DNA of 64,000 bases, taken from contig CM038999.1 in assembly GCA_017499595.2 (NCBI GenBank), positions 1,922,001 through 1,986,000 on the forward strand, read 5' to 3'. Source of the stretch: Psilocybe cubensis (lineage: Eukaryota). The position numbers and the translations under genes are program-made. The notes under the pieces are model-generated. The model had not been told where the DNA came from. It did not search any database and saw nothing but the letters and a program-made list of their open reading frames with translations. This document shows, piece by piece, positions 50,649 to 61,373 of the stretch; position 1 is the stretch's first letter, and the number at the start of each line of letters is the position of its first letter.

Positions 50649-51897
50649 ATGACTGAATCGCTGCGTTTCCTAGGCACTTTGGAGGGTCACAAGGGATGGG
50701 TTACCGCCATTGCCACCTCCTCGGAGAATCCTGATATGATCCTGACTGCTTCGCGCGGTATGAACAACATTTTCGTGGATATTTTGCTCCCAATCTAATA
50801 GCTCAAATCAACCCAGACAAGACCATCATTGTCTGGCAATTGACACGCGACGAGGACTCCTATGGATACCCCAAGCGAATCCTCCATGGACACAACCACT
50901 TCGTTTCCGATGTCGTTATCTCGTCCGACGGCCAATTCGCCCTTTCATCCTCATGGGATCACACCCTCCGCCTCTGGGACCTCAACACTGGATTGACAAC
51001 CCGCCGCTTTGTTGGACACACCTCCGATGTCCTCTCAGTTAGCTTCAGCGCTGACAACAGGCAGATTGTTTCCGGTTCGCGTGACAGGACTATCAAACTC
51101 TGGAACACCCTCGGAGAATGCAAATATGACATCAAGGAGGAGGGTCATACCGAGTGGGTTTCCTGCGTGAGGTTCAGCCCTAATGTTTCGAACCCTGTCA
51201 TCGTCTCTTGCGGATGGGACAAGGTTGTTAAAGTGAGTTTCAGTTCAATTACGTATAATCTTCCCAATGTTCGACTCTGCGTGTATGATGCGACAACGAT
51301 ATATTTGCTACTTCAGAGGACTTTCAGTTCGATGAGACTACCTTTCCACCAAGATCTCTGACACGCTTCCGCTCATTTTGTATGGGAGTAACACTTTTAT
51401 TGACTGTCTTTCTCAGGTCTGGGAACTCTCCAAGTTTAAGTTGAAGACCAACCACTACGGCCACACCGGCTACATCAACACTGTATCCGTCTCTCCTGAT
51501 GGTTCCCTCGCCGCTTCCGGTGGCAAGGATGGCATCACCATGCTCTGGGATTTGAACGAGGGCAAGCACCTCTACTCTCTTGAGGCTGGCGATGTTGTCA
51601 ACGCTCTTGTCTTCTCCCCCAATCGCTACTGGCTCTGCGCTGCCACTGCCAGCTGCGTCAAAATCTTCGATCTCGAGAGCAAGTAAGTCACACCCTCGCC
51701 GATTCATCTATATCTCAATAATAATATTCATCTCTTCTTTTAGGTCTATCGTTGACGAGCTGAAGCCTGCTTACACTGACGTTCGTGAGGAGGCCAGGCA
51801 ACCTGAGTGTGTTTCCATCGCCTGGTCGGCTGATGGCCAAACCTTGTTCGCCGGCTTCACTGATAACCAGCTCCGTGTCTGGACCGTCACTTCATAA
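50649..51897 (+). CDS. ASC1: RACK1/Asc1/Cpc2 WD40 40S ribosomal protein (G-beta-like)
   Basis: [23 protein letters not shown]...[32 protein letters not shown]...[21 protein letters not shown]...[12 protein letters not shown]...[11 protein letters not shown]. Confidence 0.97.
51279..51366 (+). ncRNA. SNR24: C/D-box snoRNA U24 (snR24/SNORD24) in RACK1 intron 2
   Basis: Inside the 184-nt intron 51233-51416: terminal stem GCGTGT/ACACGC, C box ATGATG (51285), guide ATATTTGCTACTT + D' CAGA, C' ATGAGA, guide CACCAAGATCT + D box CTGA (51358-51361). Both guides match my recollection of yeast snR24, which lies in the ASC1 intron. Confidence 0.92.
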
Positions 51898-52003
51898 AAT
51901 TTTACCTGTATATACGAGTGGGAGCTCTCTCGAGTCTTGTTCCTTGTTGTACGCGCAAAATATCAAAAAAATTGCCAAAAGACTGAGATTTTGCGTATTG
52001 CTG

Positions 52004-53068
52004 TTACAGTGTGCTAGACTCGTTGAGGTTACGTGCTCTTTCATTCCAGTCCCACTTGTCAAGGCCATTGAAGTCTATCTTCATTCCTTGATAAGTCATA
52101 TTGAACTGAAGTTCCGGGACGTGTGTCCCTCGTGCGCGCCAGCTATCACCTCTGAAATATATATTGTGAATATAAGTTGACAGAAGGTGGATGAAACGGA
52201 ATCTCACGTCGCTGTGCCATAAAAATTTCCTTCTTGACCTACAACTCTGACACATTCATCCGTGATAGATTTGGAATCGTAGATCCATAGGTTTTTGCCT
52301 CTATATATTTCTTGCCATCCACTTTGGTCGATTAGAGGGTTCCAAGGTGATATTCTTTTGGTACCAGTGGGAGGAATGGGTGCGGGTCGAATATCGACAT
52401 CGTTAAAGAGGCGAAGAGCAGCCAAATTTGAGATATCTGTTAACTTGAGCCTGTCGGCTGGGTCAGAAGGATCTAAGATCTTCACGATGTCAGCCCCCTC
52501 ACTTGAAGAGTCGGATTCGTCATCGGCGTCGTCGGGTGTTACAGAGTGTGGTGGTGGTGGGACGCCATCCATAGCTACATCACTTCCACCTTCAGCCGCT
52601 GCTTCTGCGCCTCCACCGGAGAGATCAGATAATAGCTCTTTCTGAGCCGCCTGTACCTTTCCACAAAAGCTATTCCAGGCGTCGTCGTTGGTAAAGTCCG
52701 TGCGTATAATAAGTCCTAATTCTTCGTCTTCGAGCACAGGGTCCGTCGGGTCGGGATCGGATTCGTACTGAAAATTAACATCATCAACAGACAATCGTTG
52801 TAATACATGCAGATGTCGGACGCACCGAAGCTTGTCCAGTTGGACCTGCTCCAGCCGTATTTGGATGAGAGGATACAGTTGACAACTGAGGCCATGAGTC
52901 ATAGAGCACACGCAAACACCATTTACGCCGGCCTTCTGTCGGATAAAGAGATTTTACATCTTGATACTTTGTCTGCAGGTGTTGAGGAAAGTTAATTTCG
53001 TCAACGACAACGTCGAAAAGATGAAGTTGTATAACACCGAACCGTAAGAATATTTCTAAAGATTTCAT
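52004..53068 (-). CDS. Hypothetical protein with a DUF6924-like motif
   Basis: Spliced ORF containing LGLIIRTDFTNDDAWNSFC...ISNLAALRLFND...GWQEIYRGKNLWIYD...YGTAT/GDSWRARGTHVPELQFNM. The 5' exon structure is uncertain. Confidence 0.65.
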
Positions 53069-53526
53069 GAACCATCACACTAGCGTTCTAGGTAAAGTTT
53101 ACGCTGAAACCTCGCAGGGTGTATGCTGAACACACTTTCTCTGCTTTTTCGAATGGAAGATGGGAGGAAAAGATAGCGGGCCGGATGACATCATGGGATC
53201 AGTTCTAAGCGATTGCTTACGCCCAAGTGGCAATCACAACTTTGCAATGGGCCACAGAGCATCACCTGCAACTCGGCTCCTGCTTCTTCTCCAACATACT
53301 TTGTGTTTCTCATCGTTTGATTGGGGGGTATAAACAGTTCTGGTGCTTCAATGTGTTCCTGTCAACCGAATTGGATTCTACGCCGACCAAGCCACTTCAA
53401 AATGCATTCAAATAGCGTGCATCGAGACCATGTCAAGTCTGAAAGAGTGCCCCTCTTGCCAGCTCAACTTACGCAATAAAGTCTAGCATAGCACAATTTA
53501 CGCGATAAAATCTAGCGCAACTTCAA

Positions 53527-55709
53527 ATGTCACCAGCATCAACGCCGGGTCCAATTCCCCTCACAGGTGCTTTCATTCCAATGGTTTATATACAGCAGGA
53601 CCAGATTTTACATTAGACTACCTCTTTTAGGATCTCAACTCAGTAGAGGTCGATGGGCCTTTGCTTTTGCTCTCGTTACATCCTTATTTTTTACGTGTGG
53701 GTTGTTCTAGCCACGTTTTGCGTTCTTATAATCTTAACAGCGGTTGTAGGGGGGTTTGCGTATGGGGTACGGCTCAAGTATCAGATGGCGGTGGCTCCAT
53801 CCCAATGACTTTCATTCTTCAGCTTCTAGATGTCCTTAATGCTCATTTCCAAAAAGTTTTTGGAATCAGCAAGACCCAGAGTACTTTACTCCAACTGGCT
53901 TATTTTGGTGCTTATGTAGTATTTTCTCCCTTCGCTGGGATTTTCGTCAGTGGTTCCATCTTTGAACACGTTCTCAATTCTAACTAATCCTAACAGATGA
54001 GAAGATATGGTTATAAGGTGTGAACTCATGATCACTTCTCCATGAATTTTTATATATCTTTTGAAGTCCGGCATTCATCTGGGTCTCACCCTGTACAGTC
54101 TGGGTAACGATAAAAATATTTTTAATTCATGGACATCACTAATGATTTCCTACAGGAGCTGTGTTTTTCTGGCCATCTGCGAAGTTCGCGAAATATGGGG
54201 CTTTTGTAGGATGCACATTTGTGATCGGTGAGATAGTAATGCCAACTCGTCTTTGTCGGTTGATATTGAAGAATTGTTCACAGGATGTGGGCTTGCAACG
54301 CTTGAGGTTGCGGCGAACTCGTACATTGCCGTCCTCGGGACCCCAAAATATGCCGCTGCTCGTTTAAATTTTAGTCAAGGTTTTCAAGGGGTTGCGTCGT
54401 TCTCTGGACCTCTCATTGCATCACGTTGGTTTTTTAGGGGCGCAAATGCGACCAAATTGGACACTGTTCAATGGTACTAAGGTAAACCTTTTAGCTACCT
54501 GGAATACCGACTCATCGCTTTAAAGGGTGTATCTCGCCGTTGCAGGTCTAGGTTTAGTTCTGAATATTTTATTCTAGTGCGCACTCCCTTTTTTATCAAG
54601 TGCCCATATTCATTATTTGATCTTTTAAGTTTCTGCGATTTGCCAGAAATCGAAGAAGAGGCTATTATTTATCAAATTCAAGAGGGAGACGACGAGATCA
54701 AGGTCGAGTCTTTTTGGAAGCAATACCGATGTCTGTTCGGCTTTGTTGCCCAGACTGCCTATGTGTACGTTTCATTCCGGAAAATTCAAACCTATTTCAT
54801 TCATATTTGGCAATATAAGTGGCGCACAGGTTGGAGTCGCATCACTGGCCGTCAACTTCTTGGTCGAGCAAAATATTGGCATCGACTCCTCAAGGGCGAG
54901 TCAGTTGTTTTCATTCTGTCAAATGACTTTTACCTTTGGACGGTAGGGATTATTTAAGAGTTTGTTAGTCATTGGTTCCTTAACACACCTTGGATAATTA
55001 CAGGTTTGTGGGGGTATGCATCCTGAACTACGTCGACCCAGCTCTCCTTCTTAGCATATACGCCGTTTGCTGTTCGATTTTTTCCCTGTGCATTGCACTA
55101 GTCACTGGGAAGGCTGGCGTGGGGTGCCTATTTGCGCTGTTCTTCTTCGAGTCTATATGCTACCCAGTAAGCTCAATCCGCCTCACCGTAATAAAGTTTG
55201 AAGTATAGAGTTGCCTGCAGTGCATTTTCACTCTTGGGACTAAAAATTTGGGAATTCATACCAAACAAGGTTCTGGGTTAATCGTCATGGTAATTCGTTT
55301 AAAAATTTGTGTTTATGGTATAGAGCTAACTTTCATTTAGGGCGTTGGAGGAGGCGCATGGTATCCGCCTGCACAGGCATCTGTCGCGGACAGAATTTCT
55401 ACCAGAAGATCATACCTAGTACCGTTTTCTGGGTACCTCGCTATGTCAATCTACGCATTGTCAGTGGTTTTGCATATCATCTATCCATTGTCGATCCTCA
55501 TACCCCGTTCATTCAGTGGCTTGGTTATCGACCAAACGAGGAAAGATGGCTTCCGTTTCAGGACAATCGAAGAGTCTAATTGGCGCGAACGCACTTTACC
55601 AGAAGATGCCGACAAAGACGTCACAGAGATGGGGAAGGACGAAAAGCAGCATTCCAGCACTTCTGTTCAAGATGTGAAGGTAATATCGGACGATTTAAAC
55701 AAGAACTGA
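53527..55709 (+). CDS. MFS sugar transporter, L-fucose/glucose-galactose permease (FucP-like)
   Basis: WGFAYG/LLDVLNAHFQKVFGISKTQSTLLQLAYFGAY, GCGLATLEVAANSYIAVLG...RLNFSQGFQG, GAQVGVAS, FFESICYP, GVGGGAWYPP. Very many short exons. Confidence 0.9.
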
Positions 55710-55783
55710 AACGAGAGCACGACAAACTTCCACAACGAGGATATCCATAATAATCTAATTCACGGGGTATCTAAATAAGAATG

Positions 55784-56491
55784 TTATACTGCAGATGTCC
55801 GTGAACCGGCGACCCGGTCAACGAGCTAAATAAATAGCAAATGAGAAACCACATTTATGAGAATGGTGCATACATAGCTAAAAGGACATTCATGCACTCA
55901 CAGTGGATATGTAAGGCATCGAGAGAACTGTTCCAACAAAGGGCAGTTGGCGCAGGAAAGTAATAACCACGGGGAAGAAATCGCTGTTTGAGGATGTATC
56001 GTGTCAGTCAGAGCACGCGCCACGACACGCGCATACGTGTAAGTGAGGTTTGGGACAGGAACGCACCCAAATAGGTTTAAGAATCCGAAAGTCTCGACGA
56101 TCACCCCAATGAACGGCCATTTGAAGAAGACGAGGAGGATACCACCGAGGAAACATATGGTGCCTCGAATTTTTTGCTTCCGCGCGAAGAAGTAGAATGT
56201 CTTTTGAGGGCCAATGATCAGGGTGAGTCCAGAAATGAAGAGGATCTGTAGTGGGTATATACTGCATAAGCAATGTCGTGGCGGTGAAGCAGTATAACGA
56301 GCACATACGTTTCCGAGGGCCAGTAGCGCTCCGTCAAAGAAGAGCATAACACCCAAGACCATGAAGAGCGCTCCGAAGGTCGTCAGCGCCACGCCAATTT
56401 CTGTAGTAGGGGTAAGACGTGCACGTCAGTTTGCGCACGTCGACAGAAACCGACGTGGAATGGGCATACTCTGAGCATCTGAAAGCCACAT
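55784..56491 (-). CDS. GOT1: Golgi transport protein Got1
   Basis: MWLSDAQK/IGVALTTFGALFMVLGVMLFFDGALLALGN/ILFISGLTLIIGPQKTFYFFARKQKIRGT...ETFGFLNLFG/DFFPV...DRVAGSRTSAV. Confidence 0.93.
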
Positions 56492-57111
56492 GTTGAAAAG
56501 AAATGGGAGAACAAAAGAGATATAGTAAAGAAAACAGAAAAACGGTGGCGACGGAAGGAGAGCAACTTGTTAGGGTTGTGTTCAGCGTGATGAAATATTG
56601 CCCTGGCAGGTTGTGACAAATGGCAAGACGCCAACGGTCACGGCTGACCGCCGGTGGCCATTTGGGGTTCTGGGACCAGTTATAGACGCGCAGTCAAGAA
56701 ATGCAGTCAAGTCTACAAAAAATTGTAAGAAAGGTGTATTTGTACTCTACAGACTTCAATTCGCTACATAAGTACTCGATACAAATACGTCGTTTAAAAT
56801 TAGTGTAGGTACTCGAGGGTCGAAAGTCTGAAGAGGTTGGAATCGCTATGTAATGAAAAAAAAAGGTTGACGGAAAGATACAACTACAACGTCGAAAAAA
56901 GAGCTAGACGAAATGTCGCTGGAAAGCATGCGGAGCCGAGAAATTTAAGTGATAAATAGGACGCTGGAGCAATAGCTAGTTGGGATATGCATGCGTGACA
57001 ATATAATGTCAGAAACGAGGGGTGAGTATCATAAGGGAGAAGGCTCAAGAAACGAAAGTGCAAATGTAACTTGTCCAGAAAAGCTGTACAGGAATCCAAT
57101 ATGTCGCACTA

Positions 57112-58597
57112 CTACCGTCTGTTTTGGTTCTTGGCCTGAATGACACGGTCGAACGACTCTCTGATCGGAGTCCGTCTTGCTAGCACAGTGAGATGGTTTT
57201 GCAGATATGGTGTCGGAAGAAGTGGGTGAATCCCTTCCACATTGGCGTGTGGGTTGATAGGAGGAAAGAATGCGACCGTTTGAGGAGACGGAGGGCGGGT
57301 TACTGTCGGAAGATGAGACAAGGCGGACAAAGCGGCGGATGATGAAGAAGACATTGTAGAAAGTGTACGGGACCGGTCATGAGCCCAAGGGGACTCTCTG
57401 ATCAGGGTTGGGTGTACGGGGATAGTGTTCACGGATCTTGCAGATGAAAATGAAGTACGTCGGTCTAGAGGGAATGGATGGCGATCAACTGATACTGGAG
57501 ATCCCGAAGAGGTTTTAACGCTTGTTGGAGAAGAAGAAAGGAAGGGTTTGTGGTTGTTGTCATGTATGCTGCTGACAGGTGAAGATGATAATTGGGGTGC
57601 AGTGTGGGGTACAACTGTAAGTGGGGCGAGTGGAGAGGGTTTGGGTAGCACAGAAGCAACGGTTCCATGCGATAATCCACGTATCAAAGGGTGGGGACGT
57701 AATGGTTCTTGCCTGCTTTGGTTAGAGTGAGTTGAAGGCGGACGTGAGGGTCGCTTTGGGCGAGAGCTCTGTCGTGAATCTGAGGAATCGCTGGCAGCGT
57801 CTCGACGGATATCTTGGTCAGACCGCCGTACTTGGACCTGCGGTTGGGGCGGGAGAGGCATCGCTAATGGCGGCAATTGAGCTTGTTGTTGTGATTGGGG
57901 TTGTTTAGGTGGGGTAATAGGTCTCATTGCATTGCGCTCTAAAATTGCATGTGTTTCGAAATCGGCTGGGCGGGCAGTTGCGATACGGGGAAGCGTGGAA
58001 TCAACTGGCTGGGGAGGAGAAGGAGGGGGAGGTTGTTCAGCTTTGGGAGGATGGAGCTGAGCTGCAATCTGCAAATTTAGGATCGCTTGGTCAAGGGCCT
58101 CTGCCTCTGATGCAGTATCGCTCGAGTCAGACTCTCGATGATTAGGAGTTCCTACGCCACTGTTGCTGGACTCCCACTCGTCATCGTCATCTGCGTTGTC
58201 GTTGGCGAGAGAGAAACCTTTGGCGTTTGTGGCCTTGGGAAGCGGCTGTTGTTGTTGATGGTGCGTCTGATGCTGGGGATATGCTGACCGCTTTGACGCT
58301 TGTGCCAATTGCTCTCTCGAATGGATCCGCTGACTGCTATTTACTCTCGCAAAGCTGGGTTTGGTTGGATGTGCCTGAGGTAAACAAGGTAAGTGATAAA
58401 AATACGCCAGAGAAAAACGCTATTGGGGGGCGACTGACTTCATGAGTGTATACCGCCTTCTTGGATTTATCGGCGTTCTTAAGGGATGTGTTGTCCTTCT
58501 GGGTGAACTGGAGATTGGCGCCTAGCTTGCTGCTGGATGAAGATCGCGAGTGTGGCCGTAGTTGGCCTGGCCCGGGTCCCCTAGTTGCTTTAGGCAT
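57112..58597 (-). CDS. Ser/Pro-rich hypothetical protein; C-terminus weakly Tco89-like
   Basis: Exon 1 MPKATRGPG..., an intron at about 58330-58438, then a long low-complexity exon ending HPLLPTPYLQNHLTVLARRTPIRESFDRVIQAKNQNRR. Confidence 0.7.
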
Positions 58598-59415
58598 TGG
58601 CGCAACAAGCAAGCAGATCTATCTATTCCAGCCGGATGGTATTCGGAATGCGTTTGGTCAGGGAGAAAAGCCCGACGAGGGAGAGAGGAGGCAGACTAGA
58701 CGGCGTCGTCGTGAGTGATCTACTAGTTGCAGTTGTAGTTGTTTTGTGTGGCTCTGTTAACTTCTATTGCCCCCCCACCAGCCGCCGGTGCCCGGCCCGT
58801 CTTTCTATTTTGGGGGAGCCCCTATTAGTACAACATGTGTGTCTGCTTTGCTCCAGTTAAAGTTTTCATATTGCACAATTTTAGAGAAGATAGAGGATCC
58901 ATGTCAAACAGAGAAATAGAAAGAGACTTTTGTCGTAGACATGGAGTCAAATTCTCCGGCGCTATTCCTGGCTACTATCAAGAGGGCTACTTCTATGGCC
59001 TATGGCACGCGTCAACGTCAGAGACAGGGCTTCTGAAGAGGGATATGTCTTCTAGAGGATCCAACTGGCGCAGTACTCCCGTACCCGTATCACGCGAGCC
59101 ATGTACTTGTGGTTCTATTTTGAAAAAGACTTTTCCCGAATGGTTTCAGAAGATAAGATAAACAACAGTTTAATTCCAGTGCGGCTTCTTTAGTGTCAAA
59201 AAGTGCAATATCGCGTCAAAGTAATTTTCAGCTGAAAATGATGCGATAAGCATACATGAGCGTCTACTTGGTGAATCAGTGACAGGCGTGTTTGTGACAT
59301 CACGTTATCTGTCACAAAAAAACTTGCAGAGTGCCCCAACTGCGGCGGGCCGCCACTCGGACAACTCGACACAACTACCTTTCTACCACCACCAGATACC
59401 TACACCTCGGACAGG

Positions 59416-60996
59416 ATGGAGAGAGTACATTTCCAGCAGGAGCAGATGCTCGACGAGCTGAAAGATCTTGTTGAGAAGAACTTGTTTACAGAGGTAAATT
59501 GGTGTATTTGGCTCGATCACCGATTACAAGACTAAATGGCGGATATACACAGCAAGAGACCAAGATGATTATGAAGAAACGGACTGCGTTTGAGAGCTCG
59601 CTTGTTAGACGTGTGGCTAAAAAGGCGGATTACCTGCGGTATGCTGCGTACGAGATGGGATTGGAACAGCTGCGACGAAAGCGTGTTGCGCGCATGCGTA
59701 TGTGTGAACCTTGCGCTTTTCATAAGTGCTGAGTGACTGATTGCATGGAATTTTTCCCTGCACACATGTACTTGCAGAAGTAGCCCCTGGACCTGCGACA
59801 GTGTCGGACTATGCGCTTGTGCGCAGGCAATTCCATATATTCGAGCGCGCGGTGAAGAAATTCAAATCGGATGTAGGGTTGTGGGTGCAATACATCGAAG
59901 TTGCGAAACGGGAGGGAGCCCGGGCGCTCGTGGGCAGGATTACAGCAAGGTGTGTGTATGGCATTAATCGGCTCCGAATATAGGGCACTCTTTTTTATTT
60001 TTTATTTTTCTCTTTTACCGGCAGAGCGCTGCAACTCCATCCGAATAAACCAGCGCTATTTATTATTGCGGCTTCACATGAACTTGATCAACATTCGCCG
60101 TCCGCTGCACGGGTACTGATGCAACGCGGGATCAGACTAAACCCTGAGAGCCTGGAGATGTGGAAAGAGTATGTAAAAATGGAGCTAGGATTCATTGAAA
60201 GCCTGCGGCGACGATGGGATGTGCTAGGGATCAAACTAGGGGCCAAGGAGGAAGAAAAAGAGGATGCAAGCGAGCTGATTGTCGGAGAAGGAATAAGCGA
60301 AAAAGAGGTGGACAAGACAGCAGAAATGGACGGGGAATACGAGAAGGAGGAAGCGAGACGCAAGGTGATGGACGGTGCTATTGTTGCATCTGTCATCAGC
60401 AGTGCGGCGCAAGGTATGAACGTGTGGGGATTATTGTACGTGACTGACGGTTGCTACCTAGCGATTCCACGGGTGGAACTGTTTGAATGTATCAAGGAAG
60501 CCATCTGTAATTATCCATCTCCGGGGGGACTACGGCAGCGGCTTCTGGACCACCTGTACGAGGAGGCTAGACGGAGACTGCCGGGAGATGCACGGATGGC
60601 GGTGTTTGTAGCGCGACGACAACTGGGGGCGGGCGTGACGGGAAGCGCGCTGGTGGAGGGTATACGGACGGCGAACGAGGAGTTGGCAGGACGGATACGG
60701 GAGACGGGCGCTAAAAACGAGGAGCTGTGCGCTGCATACATGGAATTCCTGGAAGAATGGTGCGGAGAGAGCAGCCTGGTAGGTTTTTTAATTAATATTA
60801 TCCGTCCGGAGGGAGAATTAACGGACAGCAGCGGGCGTATCTGATAGGCAGCCTGGAGAGACTGATCAGGGACAGCAAGCATCACTCCGGCGCACTGCTG
60901 GCCGGGCACCTCCGGCTGCTGGGGATGGATCCGGAGACAAATGCGGAAAAATTGGGCCGGATTGGGGCAAAATACAGGCGGATGATGATTATGTAG
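59416..60996 (+). CDS. UTP6: U3 snoRNA-associated protein Utp6 (HAT repeats)
   Basis: MERVHFQQEQMLDELKDLVEKNLFT, IMKKRTAFE, DYLRYAAYE, IFERAVKKFKSDVGLWVQYI, ALQLHPNKP, LMQRGIRLNPESLEMWKEYVKMEL. Confidence 0.92.
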
Positions 60997-61373
60997 TCGT
61001 GGGAATATTGGCAGCATGTGTGGCCTGTCTGGCAGCACATGTCTCCTTCCGGATTGGGCAGGGCTGCGGAGAAGAGATTCCATAGTTGTTGTAGGCAGCA
61101 CATGGTCAATTTAGCGCATTCCCCTTGTCCCATTCTTCTTCTCTTTCTCCCATCCATCCTCCGTTCCTCTCTCCCTCTCCTGCGCGTCGTCCGGGCGTCG
61201 CTCTTCGTCGTCCTCGTCGTCCTCCTCGCCTCTCCAGCTGCATGTATCTCGGCCTAAACTAGCTCAGACTCCAAGCCGGTCTCGTCTGAACGGACTTTTG
61301 CCGCCCCCCCCGTCCATTCGTTGAGAGCTCGTCCAGAGCGCACTCGTCATCCAGTCTCTCTTGACAGGCGCTC

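Noticed and set aside
22641..55709. Secondary-metabolite cluster suggested by the GNAT, MFS, permease and bZIP genes
   Set aside because: No backbone enzyme (PKS, NRPS, terpene synthase, decarboxylase, P450) is present, and the genes are interspersed with housekeeping genes.
58835..59161. 108-aa plus-strand ORF upstream of UTP6
   Set aside because: No motif or splice support. It lies in a divergent promoter region.
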